Shown in pieces: positions 1-9,582 of a stretch of 64,000 nt of DNA; position 1 is the stretch's first letter; every line of letters starts with the position of its first letter. Source of the DNA: an uncultured Bacilli bacterium (GTDB taxonomy: Bacteria > Bacillota_I > Bacilli_A > RF39 > UBA660). Location: assembly GCA_944368815.1 (NCBI GenBank), contig CALVXD010000001.1, forward strand, positions 13,093-77,092. Reading direction: 5' to 3'. The position numbers and the translations under genes were made by a program. Below the pieces are notes generated by a model that did no database searches, had not been told where the DNA came from, and saw only the letters and a list, made by a program, of their open reading frames with translations.

Positions 1-50
1 TTAGTTCTAGCTTTAATAGTAATTTTATATACTATTATTGCTATTAAAAG

Positions 51-86
51 CAAATAAAATAAAAGCACCGAATATAATTTCGGTGT
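51..86 (-). terminator. Rho-independent terminator downstream of polC
   Basis: Minus-strand hairpin CACCGAA/TTCGGTG (7 bp) followed by a U-run (A-run on the plus strand at 51-64). Confidence 0.5.
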
Positions 87-194
87 TTCCCAAAAATTGA
101 GTAAACATTGAAGTGCAATCAATATCTCTTTTTTATTATATGAAGTTTCCTTCATCTATATACATATTACCATAATTTTAATAAAATTACAATA

Positions 195-3100
195 TTAAAA
201 TAAACTTAATTGATTTGTTTCAGACATATCATTGAAAAGTCCCATTATTTTCATTTTATCAATTAATGTTTGTGATACTCTACATCTTTTTTGGAAATCT
301 TCAATACTAATAAATGTAGATTTTTCTCTTTCATTAACAATTGCTTCTGCTACACTTTCACCAAGTCCATCTAATGCTCTAAATGGTATGTATAATCCTT
401 TACCATCTTCAGTTATTACGAAGTCTTTGGCATCTGATTTATCTATATCAATATTTTTAAAATAGAATCCTCTTGCACACATCTCTAAACATAGATATAA
501 AACTCCACAAGTATCTATTTCTTTTTTACTAGCAGTTTTATTAGAAATTTTTTCTTCTATTTCATCTATTTTATTTCTAATACCATTTTCTCCAAGTATC
601 ATAGATGATGGATCAAACTGATCGCATCTTATAGAAAAGTATGCTGCATAATAATATATTGGATGATGAACTTTAAACCAGGCAATTCTAAAAGCACTTG
701 TTACATACGCTGTTGCATGGGCTTTTGGGAACATGTATTTTATTTTTCTACATGACTCGATATACCATTCAGGAATTCCTGCTTCTCTCATTGTTTCTAC
801 ATGACCTTCCCAAGTTGCAGGATCTTTACTAGCTTTTCCTTTACGAACAAATTCCATTATTTTAAAGGCTTTCGCTGGTTTCATTCCCCATGCAATTAAG
901 TTAACCATAATGTCATCACGACACCCAATTACATTTTTAAATGGAACTTTAATTTCACCATTTTCATCAGGTGTACACAAATCTCTTGCATTCCCTAACC
1001 ATACGTCAGTACCATGGGATAGTCCTGATATTTTAATAAGTTCTGCAAATGTTGTTGGTTTAGTTTCTTCTAACATTCCAAGTAAGAATGATGTACCAAA
1101 TTCAGGAATTCCGAGTGTTCCAGTTGGACAATATTTTCTTCCATTTTTATCTGTAAGTCCTCTTAATCTATCTTTTTCTACTCCAAGAACTTCCGGGCCA
1201 CAGAATATCTTCATCGTATCTCTGTCTCCTAAGTCTATTTTAGTAACATCTATTCCTGATAAATCTTGAAGTTTTCTAAGTACAGTCGGATCATCGTGTC
1301 CTAGTATATCTAGTTTTAACAAATCCGCATCAATAGCATGGTAATCAAAGTGAGTAGTTCTCCACACACTTGTGGGATCATCCGCTGGATATTGGAATGG
1401 TGTAAAATCCCAGACATCTTTATATCCCGGAACTACTACTATTCCTCCAGGGTGTTGTCCTGTTGTTCTTTTAACTCCTGTACATCCCACTGATACTCTT
1501 TCTACTTCTGCTACTCTAGCACTTACTTTTAGTAACTTTTTCTTCTTTAAATCATCTTTACTAGGAACTGACAAGCCATAACTATTTGCTTCTATTTTAA
1601 GAACATTATGAGCTTGTTCTTCATAGAATCCTAAAACATAACCATATGCTGTTTTATCTGCAACTGTACCAATAGTCCCTGCCCTATATACATTATCTGT
1701 TCCAAATAATACTTTTGTATATTCATGAGCTGATGCTTGGTTATCTCCGCTAAAGTTAAGGTCAATATCAGGGACTTTATCAGCATTGAAACCTAAGAAA
1801 GTAGCAAACGGCATATCATTTCCTTCGTGTACCATTTTTGATTCACATTTTGGACACATTCTTTCTGGTAAATCAAAACCGCTAGCATAATTTTTAGATA
1901 AAGGATTACCCTTTTCATCATTAAAAATACTATATCCACAATTAGGGCAATAATAATGTGCTGGTAATCCATTACATTCTGTTATTCCCATCATATTGGC
2001 AACGAGAGATGAACCAACAGAACCACGTGATCCTACTAAGTATCCATCATCATTTGAGTGCTTAACTAACTTTTGGGCAATTAAGTAAATAACGTCAAAG
2101 CCTCCACCAATGATACCTCCTAATGATGCTTTAGCTTTTTCTATCGCAACTTCATCAGTTAAAGTATTATCTTCTCTTTGCATCTTTTCTTTAACTAAGT
2201 TAACTACCCCATCATATCCACTCATAATAACATCATGAAGTACACTAGGTAACATTTTATCTTTTTTATTTTCATCCAAGTCAGGATAATCTAAATTAAT
2301 CTTATCTTTTACAAGTCCTAAAATAGTATCACCATAAAATTCTTGAGCAATTCTCTCTTCAATCATCCTAGGAAGGGGATTACCATACATGCTATGTGCT
2401 TTAGTATAAACTAAATCACGACATGTCTCCTGTGAATGTTCAATAATTGGCGAATATGGTTTATCAGGATATTCTACTACTTCTATTTCACTAATCATAT
2501 CTAATATTTTATTAGGGTTAACTACTACTATTTCATTAATCAAGTCTTCATCTTCTAACCAAGAAAATTCTTCTTTCATTTCATTAGTAGTTCTTAAGAA
2601 TTGATTAGGTATATGACCACTTACAGATAATTTAGTGGGTTCATAATAACGGAAATCATCTACAAGAGAATATACTATTTTTTCATCTTTAGTTCTAAGT
2701 TCTATAATATTTAAAGATTGGAACTTTCTAAGAGCATCTTCTATTTTACTCTTCTTATATTCTTCTTTAGATTTTAATATTTCTTCTTCTTTATTATTTT
2801 TATCTATTTGATATAACTCTACTAAATTCATAAGAGTAATTGGAATATCTTTAACATTAGTTAAAGTGTAAATATATTTAAGTACCTTTACATCAATAGA
2901 AGTTAACTCTACTCCCTTAGTTTTTACATACTCTATTAGATTTTCTATATTTTCATTATTGACATTACCTTTAAGATTCCCTGACAAATATCTAGCAAGA
3001 GGATGTCTACCTTTACCAGGAACATTTTGATTTACAATAATTTCTCTATATAATACATCTTCTTTATTTATATTATGTACGTCTCCAGTTGCCACAATTA

Positions 3101-5882
3101 ATTTATTGCATTTTTTAGCACAATAAATTATTTTCTTTATACATTTTTTTAAGTGCTCTATATTATTTATATCGTGTCCTTTTAACAAATGGGAATAGTT
3201 TTCTATTGGTTGTACTTCAATATAATCATAAAACTCCATTGCCTTCATTAAGTCTTCTTCATTACGAGTTTCTGCTAAATAGAAAATTTCTCCATTAAGA
3301 CAAGCAGAACCTATAAGTAATCCTTCTCTGTTTTCTTCGATTAATTTTCTAGGTATTTTAGCATTTCTTACAATAAAGTTAGTATTTGCATAACTAATTA
3401 TTTTAAATAAATTTTTAAGTCCTACTTTATCTTTTGCTAAAAATGTAACATGCTTAGTATTATCATATAAATTAGCAATATGTTCTGTAATCGTTTTTCC
3501 AGGAATATTCTCATACATTTGTAAATAATTATCATGACACCAAGGATACTTCCATATATATTCCTTATTGTTGTATCCTATAAATGGATATCCCCTTTTT
3601 TCATCCTCTTCTATATTATTCGTACAAGGCTCGACATAATTTTTATAACTGCATAAATCATGTATATTTTCTAGTTTTTTAGGATCATTTTTAAATGAAA
3701 TTTCTTCTAGTAATTTCAAATCATTTAACTCACTAATTTTATTAATTCCTTCAATTTGTTTTAACATTTTAGCAAATATATAACCAGTATTTTCTGAGTC
3801 AACATCCGCACCATGGTGTTGTCCAACATATATTTTAATTTTAATGGTATTAAATTCATCAATATTTACTACTTCTTCATTTTCTGCTGGATGTAATTTT
3901 ATATCTTTTTCTATTACATTATTATCTTTTAAATTAATTATTAAATGACAAGTTTCTGTTTTACTAGCCTTACGAACTTTGTTTAAATAAGTTCCTTCTT
4001 CGGTAGTTTTTAATATAGATTCACCATCTACCTTTATATCTTCTAATTTATTTAGTAAATAATTATCTAATTTTACACTACTACTTGGTACTCCACTTGC
4101 ATTTTCTTCATCTTCTTCATCTGCTTCTCCGGTATTTATTCCGTAAAATTTACCTAACGCTTTTAAACTATGTTTCTTTAAGTCCCTATTTATTACTCTA
4201 GATAACATAAGTGTATCTATGATTGGATTTTCTAACTTACCTAAATCATATTTATAATAGGCCATATCTAACATATTTTTATCAAATCTTGCATTATGTG
4301 CTACTAAAGGTAAAGTACCAATCCATTCTTTAAATCTTTTTACAACATTTTCTTCATTGTCAGAATCTTTTACATCATCATCTGATATATCTGTAACTCT
4401 TGTTATTTCTTCATCAATATGATGACCAGGATTAATTAATTCATCAAAACGATCTACAACTTCTCCATTTTTTAATTTAACTGCACCAAGTTCAATCATT
4501 GAGTCTCCCAAACCTGGATTAAATCCTGTTGTTTCAGTATCGAATATTACGAATGTATTATTTTCGATTAATTCATCATTCGGATTAAAACATACATTTA
4601 AATATGATTCACACATATCTATTTCGCTACCATATGCTACTTTAAAATATTTTAAATTATCTTTTTCTTTTATAGCATTTTCAAGTTCTATATTTAATTC
4701 ATCTAAACCTTCTGTTTTACCTTCATTAGTAAGTGTTTCTATTTTACCTTTAATTTCTTCTATTTTAGCAGTTGTTGCTTTCTTTAATCCTTTATTATAA
4801 CTAGTAACTTCCCCGAAAACATGAGGAAAAGCTTGACAACAATCGTGATCAGTAATAGCGATACCAGGGTGTCCAAATTTAATTGCCTGTTTAACTAATT
4901 TTACTTCATCACATACTCCATCCATTTGACTCATCATTGTATGAGCATGTAATTCCACTCTTTTTTCTTTGGCATCATCTGCTCTTTTATTTTCTTCTTG
5001 TCCATCAATTGCAGTAATATCTTTAAATCTTGTATTGAATACTAATTCTTTTGCAAATTCATCTGTTACTACTTTTCCATAGAATCTATAGTACTTTCCT
5101 TCTTTTAATAAATCTTTAAGTCTTGCAAACTCATCTTCACTTTTAGTAAATATTTTTGCATACATACTATCAGTACCATCAGTAACTTTTAAAGTAAATA
5201 TTTTATATCCACTTTTAGATTCAAATATATCTATTCCAAATAATTTTATTTCAATATTTATATTATCTATTTCATTTTTAATGTCTTTTATTGAAACTAC
5301 ATCTTCACTTTTCTTTTCACGATAATTATTCTTAACTTCTTTTTTTTCTTCAAAAACATAAGTTTCATTTACAACTTTATCTTCTTCAATTTGTTTTAAT
5401 AATTCATCTTCCCCTGTATTATCCATTACTATATTTAATTTATAATAATACCCATATTTTCTAAGTCTATCATTAATTCGTTCTAATTCTTGTAGTAAAT
5501 AAGCTTTTTCTATTTTATTATATACTTTTATTTCAATGTTATCTTCATTAACTATTATTTCTCTATCCTTAAATATATTATATTTGCTACTACTTTTAAT
5601 TAAACTATCAATAATTAAATTAAAATATTCATTAAGATACTCGTTATCTTTATTTTTACTAATAATAGTTAAATCTATTTTGTCAACATTAAATGATTCT
5701 GATAATTTATTATTTAAATAAGTATATACATAACTAGGTATATTATTATCTACTATAATAACAAATTCCCATAATTTAGTTTTATCATATACTATTATTT
5801 TTTCTAATTCGCTGTTATCAAAATATTCCATATATTTATCTAAATTTATTTGTTTAAATAATTTTTCTAATTTACTACTCAT
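195..5882 (-). CDS. polC: DNA polymerase III PolC (Gram-positive type), unusually long at 1895 aa
   Basis: PHP motif VELHAHTMMSQMDG; DEDD exonuclease FVIFDTETTGFNP..VAHNARFDKNML; polymerase core GYLVGSRGSVGSS, CPNCG/CPKC zinc motif, KVPDIDLNFSG; C-terminal NQLSLF as in B. subtilis PolC. Promoter-like TGaTTATAAT and a GGTGG RBS lie upstream. Confidence 0.92.
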   Translation of the reverse strand: MSSKLEKLFKQINLDKYMEYFDNSELEKIIVYDKTKLWEFVIIVDNNIPSYVYTYLNNKLSESFNVDKIDLTIISKNKDNEYLNEYFNLIIDSLIKSSSKYNIFKDREIIVNEDNIEIKVYNKIEKAYLLQELERINDRLRKYGYYYKLNIVMDNTGEDELLKQIEEDKVVNETYVFEEKKEVKNNYREKKSEDVVSIKDIKNEIDNINIEIKLFGIDIFESKSGYKIFTLKVTDGTDSMYAKIFTKSEDEFARLKDLLKEGKYYRFYGKVVTDEFAKELVFNTRFKDITAIDGQEENKRADDAKEKRVELHAHTMMSQMDGVCDEVKLVKQAIKFGHPGIAITDHDCCQAFPHVFGEVTSYNKGLKKATTAKIEEIKGKIETLTNEGKTEGLDELNIELENAIKEKDNLKYFKVAYGSEIDMCESYLNVCFNPNDELIENNTFVIFDTETTGFNPGLGDSMIELGAVKLKNGEVVDRFDELINPGHHIDEEITRVTDISDDDVKDSDNEENVVKRFKEWIGTLPLVAHNARFDKNMLDMAYYKYDLGKLENPIIDTLMLSRVINRDLKKHSLKALGKFYGINTGEADEEDEENASGVPSSSVKLDNYLLNKLEDIKVDGESILKTTEEGTYLNKVRKASKTETCHLIINLKDNNVIEKDIKLHPAENEEVVNIDEFNTIKIKIYVGQHHGADVDSENTGYIFAKMLKQIEGINKISELNDLKLLEEISFKNDPKKLENIHDLCSYKNYVEPCTNNIEEDEKRGYPFIGYNNKEYIWKYPWCHDNYLQMYENIPGKTITEHIANLYDNTKHVTFLAKDKVGLKNLFKIISYANTNFIVRNAKIPRKLIEENREGLLIGSACLNGEIFYLAETRNEEDLMKAMEFYDYIEVQPIENYSHLLKGHDINNIEHLKKCIKKIIYCAKKCNKLIVATGDVHNINKEDVLYREIIVNQNVPGKGRHPLARYLSGNLKGNVNNENIENLIEYVKTKGVELTSIDVKVLKYIYTLTNVKDIPITLMNLVELYQIDKNNKEEEILKSKEEYKKSKIEDALRKFQSLNIIELRTKDEKIVYSLVDDFRYYEPTKLSVSGHIPNQFLRTTNEMKEEFSWLEDEDLINEIVVVNPNKILDMISEIEVVEYPDKPYSPIIEHSQETCRDLVYTKAHSMYGNPLPRMIEERIAQEFYGDTILGLVKDKINLDYPDLDENKKDKMLPSVLHDVIMSGYDGVVNLVKEKMQREDNTLTDEVAIEKAKASLGGIIGGGFDVIYLIAQKLVKHSNDDGYLVGSRGSVGSSLVANMMGITECNGLPAHYYCPNCGYSIFNDEKGNPLSKNYASGFDLPERMCPKCESKMVHEGNDMPFATFLGFNADKVPDIDLNFSGDNQASAHEYTKVLFGTDNVYRAGTIGTVADKTAYGYVLGFYEEQAHNVLKIEANSYGLSVPSKDDLKKKKLLKVSARVAEVERVSVGCTGVKRTTGQHPGGIVVVPGYKDVWDFTPFQYPADDPTSVWRTTHFDYHAIDADLLKLDILGHDDPTVLRKLQDLSGIDVTKIDLGDRDTMKIFCGPEVLGVEKDRLRGLTDKNGRKYCPTGTLGIPEFGTSFLLGMLEETKPTTFAELIKISGLSHGTDVWLGNARDLCTPDENGEIKVPFKNVIGCRDDIMVNLIAWGMKPAKAFKIMEFVRKGKASKDPATWEGHVETMREAGIPEWYIESCRKIKYMFPKAHATAYVTSAFRIAWFKVHHPIYYYAAYFSIRCDQFDPSSMILGENGIRNKIDEIEEKISNKTASKKEIDTCGVLYLCLEMCARGFYFKNIDIDKSDAKDFVITEDGKGLYIPFRALDGLGESVAEAIVNEREKSTFISIEDFQKRCRVSQTLIDKMKIMGLFNDMSETNQLSLF

Positions 5883-5956
5883 AAAACCACCATAAGATTA
5901 TTGTACCAAAAAAAAAGATTATAATAAAGATATTTTTACTTTATTATAATCAAATT

Positions 5957-6745
5957 TTATACTCCCATTGTATTTGTTTCAGGTAATGTTGAACCACCAT
6001 CAATTACAAATTCTGTACCTGTCATATAAGATGAATCATCACTTGCTAAAAAAGCCGCTAAATTACCAAGTTCATGGATAGTTCCCATTCTTTTCATTGG
6101 TATTCCTTGTTCTATTCCATGAATTACTGATAATGGATCTTCTTTATTAGTAAGCTTGGCCATATTATCTACCATTGGTGTTCTAATATATCCAGGAAGT
6201 ATTGCATTTACTCTTATATTATCATTTACATATTCCATTGCTAATGATTTTGTAAATCCAATTAATGCTGCTTTTGTAGTAGCATACGCAACTTCTCCAG
6301 TATCTGCTACCATTGGTCCTGTTACACTTGATAAATTAATAATAGAGCCTTTTCTATTCTTTTGCATATAAGGAATAACTGCTTTTGTTACATTCCATGT
6401 TCCTTTGATATTTATATCAAAGTGATAATCTCTTATTTCATCAGTTGTTTTTTCAAAAGTCTCCAAATAACATACACCAGCATTATTAACTAATATATCT
6501 ATTTTTCCATATCTTTCTGCTATTTTATTAATACAAAAATCAACTTTATCTTTTTCACGAATATCAACTTTATATCCGCAAACATCATGTCCTTTACTTG
6601 CTAAATCATTAATTACAGTTCTAAGTTCTTCTGAATAATCTAGTATCGCTACCTTTACACCACGAGATACAAATACATCTACTATTCCTCTACCATTACC
6701 TTTTGCTCCACCTGTTACTACCGCTACTTTCCCATCTAAATTCAT
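5957..6745 (-). CDS. SDR family oxidoreductase (3-oxoacyl-ACP reductase / glucose dehydrogenase-like)
   Basis: N-terminal Rossmann motif VAVVTGGAKGNGRG; NNAG; YxxxK region (YATTKAAL). Confidence 0.8.
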   Translation of the reverse strand: MNLDGKVAVVTGGAKGNGRGIVDVFVSRGVKVAILDYSEELRTVINDLASKGHDVCGYKVDIREKDKVDFCINKIAERYGKIDILVNNAGVCYLETFEKTTDEIRDYHFDINIKGTWNVTKAVIPYMQKNRKGSIINLSSVTGPMVADTGEVAYATTKAALIGFTKSLAMEYVNDNIRVNAILPGYIRTPMVDNMAKLTNKEDPLSVIHGIEQGIPMKRMGTIHELGNLAAFLASDDSSYMTGTEFVIDGGSTLPETNTMGV

Positions 6746-6749
6746 TGTA

Positions 6750-7367
6750 TCACCTTCCTTTTATTCTATCTTTATCTTCTACTAAAGCTTTTTGAAATTC
6801 CATTTCTAATAAAGTTTTTGTAAAAAAAGCCATTCTTATTCCCTCTAACATATTATTACTATCAACTTGAGACCAATCTAATTTATAATTAGGAATTCTT
6901 GTTTCTACCAATTCTCTTAAAAATTCTCTAATAGTTCTTCCATTGCCTTCTCTAAAAGGATGAACTTTTATTAAAGCACTATAAGTATTAGCCAAAAATC
7001 TAGCATAATCTTCAAAATAATGACATGTTTCTAATTCTTCATTCATTTCTTTAATAACAATTTCTAACTCTATATCAATATTTTTTACTGAAGTCACATA
7101 CAAATTGCCTTTTCCCATAAAAACTGTCCTATATTGTCCAGCAAATGGATAAATTTCTTCAAACAAATACTTATGAATATCACATAAATGTTTTTTATCA
7201 AAATTACCATTTATTGGTTCCTCATACAATTCAACTAATTTTTTAAAAACAATTTCAGATTCTTTGGTTTTTAATTCTTCATTATCCCTAATTCCAAATT
7301 TATTCTTTAAAACACCATCAGTTCCTGGAATTAAATATTCTTCCCATTTCTTATCTTCTTCTGTCAT
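6750..7367 (-). CDS. Fic family protein (AMPylation toxin domain), class I
   Basis: Canonical Fic active-site motif HPFREGNGRTIR (HxFx[D/E]GNGRxxR); 205 aa; its start overlaps an upstream small ORF. Confidence 0.85.
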   Translation of the reverse strand: MTEEDKKWEEYLIPGTDGVLKNKFGIRDNEELKTKESEIVFKKLVELYEEPINGNFDKKHLCDIHKYLFEEIYPFAGQYRTVFMGKGNLYVTSVKNIDIELEIVIKEMNEELETCHYFEDYARFLANTYSALIKVHPFREGNGRTIREFLRELVETRIPNYKLDWSQVDSNNMLEGIRMAFFTKTLLEMEFQKALVEDKDRIKGR

Positions 7368-7503
7368 TTACCAAAATTCTCCTTCGCACTGGTTTTTGAT
7401 GTTCTTGCCTTACTTCATCTATTTTTTTCTTACTAACTGTTAAATTTTCTAATGCTAAACTTGCAAGCACCTCTTCAATTATTTTATTAATATCTCTTTC
7501 CAT
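7351..7503 (-). CDS. Small Fic antitoxin (VbhA/anti-Fic-like), 50 aa, absent from the ORF track
   Basis: ATG at 7503, TAA at 7351-7353; translation MERDINKIIEEVLASLALENLTVSKKKIDEVRQEHQKPVRRRILVNDRRR. It contains SLALEN, matching the inhibitory helix motif [S/T]xxxE[G/N], and overlaps the Fic start by about 17 nt. Confidence 0.55.
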   Translation of the reverse strand: MERDINKIIEEVLASLALENLTVSKKKIDEVRQEHQKPVRRRILVNDRRR

Positions 7504-7518
7504 ACAACCACTTCTTTT

Positions 7519-9057
7519 CTACATGAAAGGTGCCAAAAATCTCAACACTCTTCCTATTGTTTTTTTCATAATATTATAGTCATCAACTTCTTTTTCTGTT
7601 ATTCTTATTGATTCATTAATTGTTTTATTATAATCCTCTTGAATTTCTTCAATAACCTTATTTTTATAAATATAACATGCACATTCAAAATGTAAATATA
7701 AACTTCTATAATCCAAATTAATAGTACCTACAACCGCCTTACAATTATCACTTATAAACATTTTAGCATGTGTAAATCCTCTCTTAAATTCATATATTTC
7801 TACTCCACTACTAATTAAATCTTTATAATAACTTCTACCTAAATAATAAACCATCTTTTTATCCGGTATATGCGGCATAATTATTCTTACTTTAATTCCT
7901 CTATTTGAAGCATATATAATAGAAGACAATAATTCATCATCTAATATTAGATAAGGAGTAATTATATCAACATATTTATTGGCAGTATTTAAAATATCCA
8001 TATATACTCTCTTACCAGTCTCGTATTCGTCTAATGGACTATCACCATAAGGAATTACATAACCATCATTATTTGATTTTTCATTAATATTATTAACATA
8101 TTTTTCATAATTATCTTCTTTTTTTTCATCTATATTCCACAGTTCTAAAAACATTACTACAAAACTATTAACAGAAGTTCCTTCTATTCTAATTGCCGTG
8201 TCTTTCCAATAACCATATTTTTCTTTTTTATTTATATATTCATCTGCTAAATTTATTCCTCCTGTATAACCAATTTTACCATCAATTATACAAATTTTTC
8301 TATGGTCTCTATTGTTTTGATGTAATGACAATTCTAATTTTACAGGAAAAAATGGTTTACATTTTATTCCAAACTTTTCTAATTCTTTTTCGTAATTATA
8401 TGGAAGAGTAATTAAAGAGCCTAATCCATCATACATTACTCTAATTTCCACACCTTCTTGAGATTTTTCTTTTAATATTTCTAAAATTGTATCCCACATA
8501 TATCCTTTTCCTATTATAAAATATTCAATAAAAATATATTTTTCAGCACTTTTTAAATCATTTAATAAGGATTTAAATTTTTCTTCACCATTTTCAAAAT
8601 ATTTTATTTTACTACCATTGTAAACTGGATAACCACAAGTACTATATAAGTATTTAGATAAATTACTAAAACTTATATCATTTTTTTTAATGTCTTGATA
8701 TAAATTAGCATCTTGAACTAAATATTTTTGAATATTTTTTCGAATTTTTTTCAATTTTTTCGAAATATATTTTAATGAAATTTGGAAATGACAAAATATA
8801 AAAGCTGTGACTCCTATTACAGGAAATATTAAAATTGGTATTATCCAAGCAATTTTGTATGATGGATTTGTCTTGGTATTTATTAAATATAGTACTAATA
8901 CAATGGATAATATACTAGTACCTCCTACTATCCAAACAATATATTTATAGAAAAATAAGAAAGATATATATACAACTAATATTTGAGCAATTAATAATAA
9001 AATTGCTAAAGTTAATCTTGAAAAAACTATTTTAAATAATCTATTTACTATTTTCAT
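7519..9057 (-). CDS. cls: Cardiolipin synthase
   Basis: Two N-terminal TM helices and two HKD motifs (HRKICIIDG...GGINL and HAKMFISDN...GTINLD). Confidence 0.85.
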   Translation of the reverse strand: MKIVNRLFKIVFSRLTLAILLLIAQILVVYISFLFFYKYIVWIVGGTSILSIVLVLYLINTKTNPSYKIAWIIPILIFPVIGVTAFIFCHFQISLKYISKKLKKIRKNIQKYLVQDANLYQDIKKNDISFSNLSKYLYSTCGYPVYNGSKIKYFENGEEKFKSLLNDLKSAEKYIFIEYFIIGKGYMWDTILEILKEKSQEGVEIRVMYDGLGSLITLPYNYEKELEKFGIKCKPFFPVKLELSLHQNNRDHRKICIIDGKIGYTGGINLADEYINKKEKYGYWKDTAIRIEGTSVNSFVVMFLELWNIDEKKEDNYEKYVNNINEKSNNDGYVIPYGDSPLDEYETGKRVYMDILNTANKYVDIITPYLILDDELLSSIIYASNRGIKVRIIMPHIPDKKMVYYLGRSYYKDLISSGVEIYEFKRGFTHAKMFISDNCKAVVGTINLDYRSLYLHFECACYIYKNKVIEEIQEDYNKTINESIRITEKEVDDYNIMKKTIGRVLRFLAPFM

Positions 9058-9063
9058 GTTACT

Positions 9064-9567
9064 TTATCTTTTTCTTATCCTATTTTTTTGTTTATCAAAG
9101 TAAAGATCCAATAAATCTTTAGGAGTAGGAGTTTCCATAGTTTCTTGAAAACTTTGCCAATACAATAGCCCATCTACTATTTTCAAATCATCTACTATAA
9201 TTATTCGATAATCACTTATTTGATTTACAAATTTATATATTATCTGTTTTAATTCTTCAGAAATATTATCAGGAAAATAAAATATACCTGTTTTGACACT
9301 TTTACCATTCATATCTTTGCTAGTTGTATTACAAAATACCACATGTCCTAATTCCACAAAATAATAACTTATTGTAGGAGGTGTATGTTTTACATTTAAT
9401 TTTTGAAATGCATCAATATCGGGAAAATATTTTCTACCATATTCCAATATAGTAGCAGAGTGTAATAAATTACTATTTATATTTCCTATCATATCTATTT
9501 TTCCAAATTTATCTTTTCTTTTTTCATCATTATCTCCATATATTACCGCAGCAATATAATTATCCAT
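9064..9567 (-). CDS. Hypothetical protein
   Basis: 167-aa ORF tightly packed between cls and murE; no recognisable motif. Confidence 0.4.
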   Translation of the reverse strand: MDNYIAAVIYGDNDEKRKDKFGKIDMIGNINSNLLHSATILEYGRKYFPDIDAFQKLNVKHTPPTISYYFVELGHVVFCNTTSKDMNGKSVKTGIFYFPDNISEELKQIIYKFVNQISDYRIIIVDDLKIVDGLLYWQSFQETMETPTPKDLLDLYFDKQKNRIRKR

Positions 9568-9582
9568 ATGTATCTACCTCTT

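Noticed and set aside
232-5721. Plus-strand ORFs of 60-120 aa (232-465, 910-1269, 1372-1581, 5536-5721) nested antisense within polC. Similar antisense ORFs occur within other large genes (for example 8193-8411, 10649-10906, 20942-21390, 24873-25157, 46946-49330, 58528-59337).
   Set aside because: They are fully contained antisense to strongly supported conserved genes, have low-complexity S/L/I-rich translations and lack RBSs. They are frame artefacts of AT-rich sequence.
195-5882. Possible intein or homing endonuclease inside the oversized polC.
   Set aside because: No Cys/Ser-start plus HN-[CST] splice junctions, no block A/B intein motifs and no LAGLIDADG or HNH motifs. The extra sequence is low-complexity K/E/N-rich and is better explained as loop expansions.
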